This document shows positions 48,383 through 63,575 of a stretch of DNA of 64,000 bases, piece after piece. The stretch is taken from the NCBI GenBank assembly GCA_965262915.1, contig OZ253564.1, positions 3,168,001-3,232,000 of the forward strand, written 5' to 3'. Position numbers and translations under genes: made by a program. The number at the start of each line of letters is the position of its first letter. Position 1 is the stretch's first letter. This DNA is from Candidatus Spongiisociaceae bacterium (GTDB lineage: Bacteria > Actinomycetota > Acidimicrobiia > Spongiisociales > Spongiisociaceae). The notes beneath the pieces are model-generated. The model saw only the letters and a program-made list of their open reading frames with translations, made no database searches and was not told where the DNA came from.

Positions 48383-48898
48383 GTGACTCCCAAGCTGTGG
48401 CTGATCGGGATGATGAGTTCCGGGAAGACCAAGGTGGGCCGGAGGCTCTCTGATCGCAGCGGTTTTCCCTTTGTGGATGTGGACGACGAGATCGTGGAGC
48501 GGGCAGGGATGACCATTCCTCAGATCTTCGCCACCCAGGGTGAGCCGGCTTTTAGGACCATGGAATCCGAGGAGGTGGCGCGCATTGCCGGGAGTCGGCA
48601 ACGGTTGGTGGTGGCCACCGGCGGGGGCGTGATCCTCGATGGAAGGAGTCGCCGCTTGATGCGAGAGACCGGATTGGTGGTATGGCTGAAACCCTCCATC
48701 GCTTCTGTCATCGCCAAGGGCAAGACCCGTAACCGCCCCCTCCTGCAGGGCCATGCCGACCTGGGGGCGCGTTACACCGAGATCTGGGAAGCCCGCAAAC
48801 ACCTTTACCAGGAAGCCGCCCACTTCAGCATTCCTATGGACGGAAAGACCCGGAAACTGGTAGCCGAGGAAGTATGGAGGCTGTGGAAAGCATCCTGA
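48383..48898 (+). CDS. aroK: Shikimate kinase
   Basis: LIGMMSSGKT, GEPAFR, ATGGG, RPLL. Confidence 0.9.
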   Translation: MTPKLWLIGMMSSGKTKVGRRLSDRSGFPFVDVDDEIVERAGMTIPQIFATQGEPAFRTMESEEVARIAGSRQRLVVATGGGVILDGRSRRLMRETGLVVWLKPSIASVIAKGKTRNRPLLQGHADLGARYTEIWEARKHLYQEAAHFSIPMDGKTRKLVAEEVWRLWKAS

Positions 48899-49318
48899 TC
48901 GCGGACCGGTGCGAGATTCTCGTCTCGGACGGGTTGCCGTCGCCGTCTCCGCTCCTTCGACCCGGCGGGATCATCCTGCCTCCCGGGTAATAGTACTCAG
49001 CCGGCCGGGACCGGTGGCGGAAGTGGCTGCCCTGGTTGGGAACCGTGTCAAACAAGACACCGCGGACGAGAGTGGCACCGCGGCGGCGGTGGTACCGGGA
49101 CGGTGTGACAGACCGCCGGAGGGTGCGTTGTGCAACGTCGGGCCGTTGGTCATCGGACGGATTCGGGACGTAACGGGCGAATGTTTGCCCGGGTGCGGTT
49201 CGTTGGTGGGTTCGGCCCGGCGGCGAGTTCGTGGCCGCCGCCTTCCACCGGCTAGCAGGCAATCCACAAGGGGCGCAGAGCACTACGTATCATCCTTTCA
49301 CCCCGACTGCGCCTGCTA

Positions 49319-51298
49319 TCAGTAAGCGATCAGGGTGCCACCACTGGACCGTCCCGGGTGAGCGGCCCGGATCATGCGGAGGCTCCGGTGGTCGGGTTGG
49401 TGGTTGAGGGCCCCGTGTAAGAAGGTGGCCATCTGCGCTCTGGTTACTGCCTGGTTGGGGCAGTAGAGGAGCGGGTCGTTGGAGCAGCCTGCGGTGATAC
49501 CAGCGGCGGCGAGGGCGTCGATGTTGGCAGCGTGGGTGTTGCCTTCGATGTCGCCGAACCCGGCGGGTGACTGGGCTGGGGCCAGTTGGAACGCCCGGAC
49601 CAAGAAGGTGGCCATCTGCGCCCGGGTCACCGACTGGTCGGGGCAGTACCGGGGCGGGCCAGTAGTAGCGCATCCTGCGGTGATCTCTCGGTCAGCGAGC
49701 TGCTCGACGTGGCGGATCCACCACTGCCCTCCAGGGATGTCGTCGAAGCGGGAATCCCCCACGGTTGGGGGGTCGCCACCCAAGACACGGATCAGCCATA
49801 TGGCCATCGTCGATCGGCGGATGGGATCTTGGGGGCAGAACAGCCCTTGGCCGCATTCGGTATCGACAAAGGTACCGTCGGCGGCTAGCGCCTCGACGGC
49901 GGGGGTGTGGACACCTTCTGCGGCCACGTCGAAGAATACGATCGCATGCCCGATGGTGACCGGGTTGTGGGGTGTGGCTGCTGCGGTCTTGCCCGACCCG
50001 AACGGGTCGCCATAGGAGACCGCCACCCGCAGCTGGTGGCCCTCGTCGTCAGCATCCGGGGTGTACACAGCCGAGGTGGCATCTGGGATGGGTACCCACG
50101 TGATCCGGTCGGTGGAGCGTTCCCAAACCCAACTGATGTTGGTGACACCGTCGGGGTCAACTAGCACCGCTGCGAGGGGTTGGCCGGCTCTTGGTGTGGG
50201 TGCGGACAGGGTGAGATGTCCGGTGTCGTCGCGGTTAGCGACGTTGAGGTTTACTGCGATGGAGTCGTCCCGGCGCCGGTCCGCCTCGCCTTCGGGGTCT
50301 TTGCTGTCACGAACCTCTACGGTCACCCTGTAGCTGTTCTTGGTCTCGTAATCCAGGGCTGCTTTGGTTTTGAGCCGGCCGGTTGACGTGTCGAGGTCAA
50401 AAGCGCCGGCGTCGGTGCCGGCTAGCTTGTAGGTGAGGGGGTCCCCTTCGGGGTCCTCTGCGGTGACCGGTGTGCCGATGTTCGCACCGGCAGGGCTGTT
50501 CTCTGCCACTGCACGCGAGGTTCGGGAACCTTCGGTGAACTCGGGGGGCTGGTTAGCACCCGGTGGTGGAGGCGCAGGGCCGCCACCGGGTGAGCCGCCA
50601 CCGGTTGAGCCCCCACCGCCACCACCGCCACCGGTTGAGCCGCCACCGGTCGGGGGTCGCGGGGGTGGGGTTGGGGGTGGTTGTGTCGGGTCCACTACGG
50701 TGCTGGTGGTGTGGGCCGAGGCAACCTTGGTGGAGCCTTCGTCGTCGTCGTAGGTGGCTACGGCTTGGAGGTATTGGCCCACATCGGCGCTGGTCGGTGT
50801 GTAAGAAGCCGTGTTGGTGCCGGGGATGGGAGCCCAGTCCCGACGGTTGGTGGACCGTTCCCATCGCCACACCGTGTTGCGGATTCCCCCGTCGGGGTCA
50901 TCGAGGGCGGCTTCCACCACGGTGTCCACCTGCGGGCGGCTGGTTGTTGTTGTGAGCGTGACGGTGCCTCCCTCGTCCAAGTTGGTAACCCTTACGCTCA
51001 CCGTCTGGGTGGGGGTGTTGGTCCCGTCGGAGGCCTGAACGGTCACCTCGTAGGTGCTGTCCACGTTCGAGTCCGTCGGGGTTTCGTAGTCCGGTGGGTC
51101 GGTGAAGGTGAGCACACCCCGGCTGCTGATCCGGAAGTCGTCCTGGTCGTCTCCGGCCGGGGTCCAGGTGATAGTGGCCCTCTCAGGGTCGACCGCTGTG
51201 TAGGAAGCCACCGTGCCCCTGTTGTTCTCGTCGTAGTCAACCGCTGCGGGGCCGCTCAGATCGGGTGGTTCATCAATGTTGGTGACCGACACTCTTAG
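49319..51298 (-). CDS. 3' part of giant surface protein: cadherin-like/Ig repeats, Gly/Pro linker, SLH domains
   Basis: LDYETK, PEF...VAENS cadherin motifs; VTRAQMATFL SLH repeats; in frame with the upstream part once IS1380 is removed. Confidence 0.85.
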   Translation of the reverse strand, partial: LRVSVTNIDEPPDLSGPAAVDYDENNRGTVASYTAVDPERATITWTPAGDDQDDFRISSRGVLTFTDPPDYETPTDSNVDSTYEVTVQASDGTNTPTQTVSVRVTNLDEGGTVTLTTTTSRPQVDTVVEAALDDPDGGIRNTVWRWERSTNRRDWAPIPGTNTASYTPTSADVGQYLQAVATYDDDEGSTKVASAHTTSTVVDPTQPPPTPPPRPPTGGGSTGGGGGGGGSTGGGSPGGGPAPPPPGANQPPEFTEGSRTSRAVAENSPAGANIGTPVTAEDPEGDPLTYKLAGTDAGAFDLDTSTGRLKTKAALDYETKNSYRVTVEVRDSKDPEGEADRRRDDSIAVNLNVANRDDTGHLTLSAPTPRAGQPLAAVLVDPDGVTNISWVWERSTDRITWVPIPDATSAVYTPDADDEGHQLRVAVSYGDPFGSGKTAAATPHNPVTIGHAIVFFDVAAEGVHTPAVEALAADGTFVDTECGQGLFCPQDPIRRSTMAIWLIRVLGGDPPTVGDSRFDDIPGGQWWIRHVEQLADREITAGCATTGPPRYCPDQSVTRAQMATFLVRAFQLAPAQSPAGFGDIEGNTHAANIDALAAAGITAGCSNDPLLYCPNQAVTRAQMATFLHGALNHQPDHRSLRMIRAAHPGRSSGGTLIAY

Positions 51299-53117
51299 CC
51301 TGAATCCACCGACGGCCTCCCCGGGGGGTGGTCCGGGGTGCGGTTGGTGGGAGGTTGAGGGGTCGGGGTTGGTTGGTTTTGGGGGGGGTTCTAGGGGCGT
51401 GGTGGGTATGGTTTAGTGGCTAGATGGTGTTGAAAGCTGGTTGGGGTTGTTTCAGGCGTGTATGGCTGGGGTTTAGGTGGTTGGTTATGGTTGTGGGGGG
51501 TCCGTGAGGCCGGGTTAGCAGAGCTGTGGCAGCGTCCGGAGGTTAGTGAGGGTGGTTAGGTAGGTGCCGGCCCAGGGCCATCGGGCGGGTAGACGCAGCA
51601 GGCGGCGTCCGCCGTGGTTGACGACCCGTCCAGGGAGCCCGAACAGTCGGGTACGGATGGTACGTCCACAGACCAGCCGCCCAGCCCGATGGGCGGGTTC
51701 CGCCCAAGAGGGCTATATGGCGGTAGAGGTTATGCGCCAGGGCGGCGCAGATCAGCCAGGCGGCGTTAGCTGCGAAGACGCCGGAAGGTAGGTGGGCGAG
51801 TCCCCCGGAGTCTTTGAGGTCGCGGATGGCGAGTTCGCATGTGGCGTGGCGGCGGTGGTACCGGTCGGCTTCGACCGCGGGCAGCGGGCTGTGCGCCTCC
51901 CCAGGGTTGTCACCGATCTCTACCGCCGACAGTTCGGCCACTTCGGTGTCTTGTTCGCCGCGGGGTTGGTGACCGGTGTCGTCTTGTCCGGCCCCGGGTT
52001 GGTGGTGCCGGTCGGCTTCGACCGCGGCTAGGTCCAGGTTGGTGACCAAGGTGTGGTACCGCCAGTCGGGGAACAGCTGGGCTTGGGAACCGACCAAGCG
52101 GGTGCGGCGCACCACGAGACGGACCCGGCGCCGCTGCGACCGTTTCTTGGGGTTGGTCATCTCCAGGACGGTTTCCCCCACTTGTGCTTCGCCGCCCCGG
52201 GGATAGACGATGGGGGTCCACGCGTCTTTGTCGATATTGCTGATCAGTGTCCTGACCTTGGCATTCACCTGGGTGGTGATCGACCATCCCACCCCGAGGT
52301 GGTCGAGGGCGGCCAAGAGGGCATAGGACCAGAACCCCGAATCGGCCCGCACGCTCACCGGGCCCCTGGCCCCGGCCCGTCGCACACGCCGGATCGTCTC
52401 CCCAACGAAATGGACCACACCCCGCTGCGATGCTCCTGCACGCAGACGGGCACCGACCACCTCCCCCGTATCGGCTCGGAACGCCAACAGAGGGTGATAA
52501 CCCAACTCCTTGGTGTAGCCGTAAGCGGCCCCCTGTTTGGTCTTGCCCGACACCGCACAGATCGTCGAGTCCAAATCAACGGTCACCGCTCCCTTACCGG
52601 GACCGGCGCCCGCCCGCCACGCACGACCCAGCGCCAAGGTCAACACCTTCCCCCGACTGGCGTACATGACCCCAGGTGAACGAACGCAGAAAGGTCCCCA
52701 CAGTGGACGGGGCCATCACCGCATGGGGCAACACCCGATCAGTGGAACCCGCCCGGAGCCGACCCACATGATCAATATGAGAGCCGCCCACCAGCATCGC
52801 AGCTACCAACGTGCACACCTTACGACCCGGATGCGCGCCACCCACCCGGCCGCCCAACCGCACCGTCCGATCCACCACATCTTCCAACCCCAAACGGTCC
52901 ATCAGCGTCCCGGCCGCCAACAGCCCAGCGTCGGCTACCAGCCCCTCATCGTCGAAAACCACCTCATACCGGTCGATATTCTGCAATACTCCACTCACAG
53001 GAAGTGCCTCCTGACTCCGGGCCAATACACTTGTTTCGTATGGCTATTGTCCCAGATCAGAGGCACTTTCCGCGTCTATCCACCCCCAACCACAGGATAT
53101 CTACCGGTGGATTCAGG
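51299..53117 (-). mobile_element. IS1380-family element with frameshifted transposase
   Basis: TIR CCTGAATCCACCG / CGGTGGATTCAGG; CTTAG duplication at 51294-51298 and 53118-53122; VTVDLDST, GYHPL, VRADSGF, IRDLK motifs over ORFs 52594-53025 and 51543-52667. Confidence 0.9.
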
Positions 53118-56100
53118 CTTAGGGTGATGCTGTCGTCCGCCCCGGACGTGTCAGTGACGGTCAACGTCATCGAATACGACCGTTTGTTTTCGTAGTCGAG
53201 GGCTGTCTTGGTGCGTAGCTGCCCCGACAACTCGTCGATATCGAACGCGGCCGCGTCGGTGCCGTCCAGCTTGTAGGTGAGCGTGTCGCCCACGTCGGTG
53301 TCCACCGCGGCCACCGGATCACCAATGTCACGACCGGCCGGGGTGTTTTCCTCCACCTCGCGTTGGCCGGTCTCGGATGTCGGGAACTCGGGTGGGGTGT
53401 TCATGATCGGTGCCGGCTGCACCTGATTTGTCGACACCGCCTCGGCGGCCTTGCCCGACCCCTCCCCATCCGTATATGAGGCTGTGACCCTCAGGAAGCG
53501 GTTGAGATCAGCATCCGCAGGCGTGTACGCGTCGCTGGTGGCACCACCGATGGTCGACCAGGGGCCTGTGCTGCTCGTGGACCGCTCCCACACCCAGGTG
53601 GTGGCTGTAACCGACCCGTCCGGATCAGATAGGTCCGCCTCCAGTTCGGTGCCCGCCTGGGGCTGTAGCGACGACAGGCTTACTGTCCCGTCCTCATCCT
53701 CATTGGTGACCGTCACCACCACATCCAGGGTGCCGTAACTGTTCCCATCCCAAGCCCGCACCGTCACCAGATACACGTTGTCACGGTTCGAATCAGCCGG
53801 GTCCTCACGATCCGGCACCTCACCAAAGGTAAGCACACCGATAGCAGACAACTCGAAATCCCCCGCGTCCGTGCCGGCCAGCGACAACATCACCGTCTCA
53901 CCTTCGGGGTCGGTAGCCGTGTACCTGCCCACCTGACCCGTACGATTCTCCGCGAAATCGACATCGGTCTCACCGGACACCGTCGCCGCCTCATCCACGG
54001 GGGTGACCGTCACCGTCACATCGAGGGTGCCGTAGTTGGTCCCGTCCCAGGCTCGTACCGTGACCAGGTAGTCGTTGTCTCGGTTCGAATCAGCCGGCTG
54101 CTCGTGGTCCGGCGACTGGCGGAACGTCAACACACCGTCGGCAATAGCGAAATCGCCCGCATCGGCTCCCGCAAGCGCCGCCCACGTGACCGTTTCGTTC
54201 TCCGGATCCGTAGCCGAATAGGAGGCCACCTGGTCGGTGCGGTTCTCTGCATAGCTGATACTGGTATCCCCGCTGACGGTCGGAGGAGTCGTATCGTCGC
54301 CAATAGCGACCGTGGCGCTGTTGTTGGCTGCGTAGTTCCCAAGAATGTCCTTGAGCGGGTCATAGGTCCTGAACGGCACGCCGTAGGACACCGTGGCATC
54401 GTCACCCGACATGACCGACGATGCCAGTATCAAGGTCACCACCTTGCCGTCCACGGAGACCCCGGTGATCCCCCGCCGGTCACCGTTCACCGACAGCGTG
54501 AATGCGTTGGAGTGCGGCGACGGTACCGAGTCCTCGTCCAGTGCCTTGTCCCAGGTCAGCGTGAGCCTGAGCGTGTTCGCATCCGCGCCGGCGGTGACCA
54601 GAGTGGGTCTGATACCGTCCACCTTGTGACCCGACTGTGTGGCCAACTCCACCAGGGCCGGCGCCTCGGAACTGTCCGCGACGTACCTTATCGTCCCGCT
54701 CCCACCGATCACTCCCGCGGGGACGCGCAGCCCGTCGGTGTCCTCATCGCCCTCGGCCACCGTGTAACGGAACGCCAGACTGTAACTACCCGAACCGTCC
54801 AGATACCTGGCCTGTTTGGTGACATCACCTATTTCGAGGGTCAGTTCGGGGGTCCCGGTCACCTGCACGCTCTCGCCGAACGTCACAGTCACGTCGATCT
54901 CATCTTGATGACGGATCGCGTCGCCGACGATATAGGTCATGTCCGAACCGGGATCCGAGACGATCATTACGGCAGTAGCATGATTTCGTGCTTGTCTGCC
55001 GGTGAAGCCCCCGGCGTTGTTCTCGGCTTGGTCCCGAAGCGGGCTCGCATCCGACCCGGTAGGTACCGTGTAGTCGACCGTGACCGTCTCTCCCACACTC
55101 ACTGCCGAAGCCAGAGTCAGGGTAGCGGCGCTGCCACTCACCTCCACTGTGGAGACTCCCCGAACCGTCGTGCCAACGTTCACTGTGAAGGCGCCGGCTG
55201 TCGGCTCGGAAGCCCCGTCCAATGCTTCGTTGTAGACGATCGTGATCGTTGCTCTGTCTACCGTCACCAAGGACAGCACGGGCGGTGTCGTGTCGGTAGC
55301 AGAAGGCGTCGCCGTCGTATCAGAGGCGGCACCGTCGCCGTTGTGGTTATAGGCAAGAACCCGCACCGTGTGCTCGATGCCGCTGGCTAGGCCACTGATC
55401 GTGTGTGACAGAGTGGTCAGGTCGGTTACCACGGCCTGACGGGACGCCCCGTAGTCCTCGGAGCCGCTCTTCCATTGTATCTTGTAGCCCTCGATCGGTG
55501 ATCCACCATCGTCAACGGGGGCCTTCCAAGACACGGTGAGCTTCCCGCTACCTATGGGTGTTACCGTCAGGCCGCCGGGCTCTTCCGGGACGCATCCGCC
55601 ATCCTGCCACGGGTTCCTGGTCACACCGGTACCGAAAGCGGAGTCGGTCGCCTTCGCGTTGTCGCAGTAGCCTCCGAACTCGCCGCGCAACTGGAAAACC
55701 ATCACCGCCCGACGCGAAGATGTTGGAACAGCCTTCACATCCGCCCACAACCGCTCCAGATCCGGTTCCCCGTCGCTGTCGTGGTAGGTATCAGCGAACC
55801 AGGACGGCATTGCTCCCTCCACCGCGCTCCCCACCACCGCCAGAGCCTCCTCTGTGACGCTGTCGGTCGTGCCGGGGCATTCACCGCCCGACGCGAAGAT
55901 AGACCAATAGGTACTATTGATACGTGTGCGTTCACCGTGTACCAGGATCATCAATGCGTCGGCGTAAAGTTCTTCGGCAGCGCAAAACGTGCCTCGCAAA
56001 TCCAACCTGTAGAAATACAAATGAGCAACGGCCAGAGGACCGGGTCTATCCGTCACACTGTTCGCCAAAGTGAACACATGACCCAACTCATGGGTGATCG

Positions 56101-56761
56101 TCGGAATCAGATAACTGCTGCCTCTACCAATATAGACCCAGGTCGCATAACACTTTCTCAGGTTCGACTCCATCGGACGATGCGGGGAGCACCAGATTGC
56201 GACGCCATTGCCCGCATTCGGGTGAAGGTCAACGTCGACACTTTGGTCGATGATGTAGTCCCACGTGCTGCGCAACCACGGGTAGGAACCCTCATGGCTC
56301 TTGACAACCTCGTTTTCGATGAAAGCGCCAACCTGCCCAGGAGTCGACTGCGGGGTGCCCGTCGCCGTGGACGACGGGTCGCTGTCACCATGCGTGTTAG
56401 TAGCGATCACCCGCACCGTGTATTCGGTCCCGTCCGTCAACCCGGTGATCGTGTGCTTATACCTCTTGGTCGATGTCGTGGACGACCCGACAACCACACT
56501 CGTCGTAGGATCGACCGACGCCTCACGCGACGAGCCGAACACCTCGGAACCCGACTTCCACTGAACCTCAAAACCCGTAGTCGCCTCATAGTCGGACGAC
56601 GACCAACGAACCTCCAACTCCCCCGTGGAGATACTGTACACCGCCACCGACGTAGGCGCCCCCGGCGGGTCCTGAGCGGACGCCGGCCGCGCAAAGACCA
56701 GCACAGCCACAAACGCCCCAACCAGCGCGAGAACAACAAACGGCAGACGTGCTGAGACTAG
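53118..56761 (-). CDS. 5' part of giant surface protein: signal-like segment, FN3, HEXXH zinc-peptidase-like domain, FN3, SwmB/Ig-like and cadherin-like repeats
   Basis: FVVLALVGAFVAVLVFARPASA; TITGLTDGTEYTVRVIATN; THELGHV...EELYAD; no native start codon visible. Confidence 0.8.
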
Positions 56762-56791
56762 GTTGTCGGAGGGTGCAGATGAATTTCCAGT

Positions 56792-57844
56792 CGCGTCGGT
56801 GAGTTCGGCTACGGATCGGTGGGTGCCTCGGCGTATCTGTTTGGTGGTGAGTTCGGAGAACCATCGCTCGACGAGGTTCATCCACGACGCGTAGGTGGGT
56901 GTGAAATGGAACGTGAACCGTGGATGGCGTTGCAGCCAGCGCCCTATGGGTTCGGTTTTGTGGGGCGACGCGTTGTCCAACACGACTTGGACGTCGAGTT
57001 CTGGTGGGACTTCGCGGTTGATGAGGTTTAGGAACGTCTGGAATTTGTGGGTGCGGTTGCGTCGTGTCATGGAGGTGATGACCCGGCCGGTGGCCGTGTC
57101 GAGCGCGGCCCCGAGGTTGGTGGTCCCATACCGGCGGTAGTCGTGGGTGCGCCGCTGGGGGGTTCCGGGCAACAGGGGCAGGATCGGCGCGGTGCGGTCG
57201 AGGGCCTGTATCTGGGATTTGTGGTCCACACACAGCACCACCGCCGCGTCGGGCGGGTTCAGGTACAAACCCGCCAGGTCGCGGACCTTTTCCACGAACT
57301 GGGGGTCGGGAGATATCTTGAAATGCTCGGTCCGGTGCGGCTTGAGACCGAACGCCCGCCATATTCTTAGGATCGACGACTGGGACAGGCCGACGGCCCT
57401 CGCCATGGACCGGGTCGACCAGTGCGTCGCGTCTCTCGGTGTTTCCTCGAGGGTCTTGACCACCACTTCTTCTACCTTGGCGTCGTCGATGCGGCGGGGC
57501 GGCCCGGGGCGGGGATTGTCGTAGAGGCCGTCGAGACGGCGCCGGGCGAAACGGTTCCGCCACTTCGAGACCGTAACCCCGCTGCAGCCCACCTCCGCTG
57601 CGATGTCCACATTGGTGCGGCCTTCGGCCGCTCCCAGCACGATACGAGACCGCATCGCTAACCCTTGTGCGGTGCTACGCCGCCGTATCCACCGCTCGAG
57701 CGTCTGGCGTTCCTCTTCATCCAGCTCGATAACCACTGCTTTACGACTCCGCTGCTTCTCCATACGCTGCTCCCACTACTGACTGCTACTGACCTGCATA
57801 TTCTAGCAGCATATGGCAAAGAAACTAAGGAATCAGGACACTAG
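56792..57844 (-). mobile_element. IS630-family element, 3'-truncated, transposase fused in frame to the surface protein
   Basis: HTH region, HWSTRSMA, VLCVD, VVLDN, SWMNLVERWF; upstream end CTAGTGTCCTGATTCC at 57844; no stop or downstream TIR after ...VAELTDA. Confidence 0.88.
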
Positions 57845-59217
57845 GAGGGTGCTGATTTAGTCGCCTTGTCGGGGTACGGGCGGTTCGCGTTTTGTGTTGT
57901 TGGGGGTATTGTAAGGGTCATGCAAGGATATGAAAGCTTTGACCGTGAGTTTCTGGACACAGCGGACCTGTGGCATCTGGTTCCGGTGGGGTCGGTGTAC
58001 CGGTTCTTGGCCGAGAACCGCCGCCGTCTGTTTCCCGATGAGATGTTCGCCGATTTGTTCGGCCCGCGGGGTCGCCCGTCGATACCGGGTCCGGTGATTG
58101 GGGCGGTGATGGTTCTCCAGGCGTTGGAGTGCCTCTCTGATCGGGAAGCGATCCAGCGGCTGCGTCGTGATATAGCTTGGAAAGCCGCGGCTGGTCTGTC
58201 GTTGACACATGGGGGGTTCCACCCGACGGTGCTGACCTTATGGCGGGCCCGCCTGCGTGCCAGCGAAAAGCCGGAGCGTATCTTCGACGCGGTGCGTCAA
58301 GTAGTCACCGAGTCCGGCGTGTTGGCGACCAGGGACCGTCGGGCCCTGGACTCGACCATTCTGCACGACGCGGTCGCTACCGGGGACACGGTGACGATGA
58401 TCTCATCGCAGATAAGGCGTTGCCGCCGTCTGATTCCGCAGGCAGCCGATCTGGTGCTGGTGGCCCATGACTACGAATCGGTGACCAAACCGTCCTGCGA
58501 TTGGTCTGATCCCGATGCCCGCTCGGAGTTGGTGGACGGGCTGGTCACCGACGGGCTGAGGCTGATCGAAGCAGTCGAGGACATGAAGCTGGACCCCGAA
58601 CAGGCCGACGCCCTAGGGCTGTTGGGAGTTGTCACAGGCCAAGATGTGGAACCGGACCCCGATAGGGAGGGCCGATGGCGGATAGCGCGGCGTGTGGCCC
58701 GAGACCGGACCATATCGACGGTGGATCCCGAAGCCAGGCACGGTCACAAGACCCGGACCCGCAAACGGGACGGGTACAAGGCCCATGTCGCTACCGAACC
58801 CGAAACCGGGCTGGTCACCGCCGCGGTCCTAACAGCTGCCAACACCCCAGACGCCGACAGCATCGCGGATCTCGTTGCCGACCAACCCCCGGGCGCCGAA
58901 ATCGTCGCGGATTCGGCGTACGCGTCCGGATCGGCCCTCGAAACGTTCGACGATCTCGGTCACACCCCGGTGACCAAACCAATCGTACGCAAACCCCACA
59001 TCAAAGACGGGTTCCACCGCGACGACTTCGCCATCGACACCGGAGCCCGCACAGTCACCTGCCCCGCCGGGCACACCACCCACATACGTCCCGGAGGTAC
59101 CGCCCCCTTCTCCAAACGATGCAACGGCTGCCCCCTGCGGACACGATGCACCACCTCGGAGCGAGGACGGACCATCACAGTCGACAAACACCACGACCGT
59201 CGGGCGGCGAACAAAGC

Positions 59218-60657
59218 GGCTCATCGCGTTTCAGTGGGGAGTGACGGTCGCGAGTAGGTCCCAGTTGGGTTTCCCGGCGTAGAGAAGGGCCCGTATTCGG
59301 TAGTTCGCGAAGTTGGGTAACCCGAACGCTGCTCGTTTGATCCGTTTGATTAGGTTGTTGAGGGCTTCGGTGGCGTCTGTTGGTTACCTTCGAGATGTGC
59401 CAGTTGGTGATCTGGGGGGTCCAGCGGGCGATGGTGCGACCCAGCTTGTTGATCTCGGGTGGGCAGGATTCGTCCTGGAGGTCGTCTGCGAGCTGGAGGG
59501 TGTATCGGAGAGCAAGGACCGGACTCTCGATCCCGTAGATGCCCCGTACCGTTTCGGTTGCGTGCCAGGCTGTGCGTACCTCCCCGTGGGGGTCACCGGC
59601 GTCCAAAAGACCACGCAGCCGTGTTTGACCGCGGTCGCTGATCCTCTCATGCGCGGCGGTGAGGAGGCGGCGTATCCGATACAGCGGGTCATCCTTGCGG
59701 CCTCTGTGTCCCAGGGTTTCGTTTTGGACTCTTCGTCGTAGGTCGTCGAGACGCTGGTTGGCGAGGCGGCTGACACCGAACGGGTCCGCTACCCCGGGGG
59801 CGTGGGGCAGCACCCTGTCATACGCCTTCCGATACGAACCGGACATGACCCGACACCGCCCAGCGGATAGCCTCACACCATTCGGTGGGCTGCGCCCGGA
59901 ACCAGGCTGCGGCGCTTTCTGCCGTTCTACCACCGACTATGTCGAACCGGCTGGTGGCCCCCAACGTCGACGACAGAGGTGCACCAGACCTTGGTACGCC
60001 ACCGGCCCTTCCGCCAGAACAACGCTTCTTGTCGATGCCCACAGCTTGGACCTCGCCTATCCGGTCGGTGTCGGCCCCCAGGAGGGCTTCGCCCCAGCGG
60101 CCGACCTCGTTGTTCACCGTATGCCACCCACAACCAAGCTCTGCGGCGACCTCGTCGACCGGGCGACCCCGCCCACCCACCCCGATGGTCACCCACCTCG
60201 CCGCTCGGGATGTCAACAACGCCCGTTGGGGACCAATCGTGGGGTCTTGCTCGATGAACGATCTGAGCGCACAGTCGGTGTTCGGACATGTCCAACGGCG
60301 TTTCCGCCACCGCAGCCGAACCGGACGGCCGAACGCCGGCAAATCCGCCAACACCACCGTCCGCTCACCCTTGGACCACACCGGGCCACCACAGGCCTCA
60401 CAGGACGGCCGGGGCTTGCGAGACCCGATCACCACCCCAAGCGGTGCACCCTCGCCCGAGTCGTTGATCCCCACCAGGTCAACGTCGCCTAGGCCTACCA
60501 ACTTCTCGCACATGCGCGCAGGGATCAGCTTCCACAGGGGTCCTCCTGCCTCGGATGTCGCTTATCAACAGCCGATTATGGAGGACCCCCCCTCACTTCT
60601 GGTGGATTCCGATCCCCCCTGACAGATCCCCTACTCCCCACCCATTCGCGAAGAGCC
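59218..60657 (-). mobile_element. ISL3-family element with multiply frameshifted transposase
   Basis: Ends GGCTCATCGCG / CGCGAAGAGCC; 8-bp duplication AACAAAGC at 59210-59217 and 60658-60665; zinc finger CEAC...WRKRRWTC, GHRGRKDDPLY. Confidence 0.9.
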
Positions 60658-60795
60658 AACAAAGCACGGTGGGCCAAAGAAGAAACCCGCAACACCTACC
60701 GGAACTTGCGGCCGTCCGTGGAACGGACCATCGCCTGGCTCACCCGCCACAACCCCAGACGCGTACCCTACCGAGGAATCATCCCCAACCAGCAA

Positions 60796-63575
<2,780 letters not shown>

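Noticed and set aside
48899-49318. Short ORFs between aroK and the surface protein gene
   Set aside because: Several overlapping frames with no motif or RBS; none can be supported.
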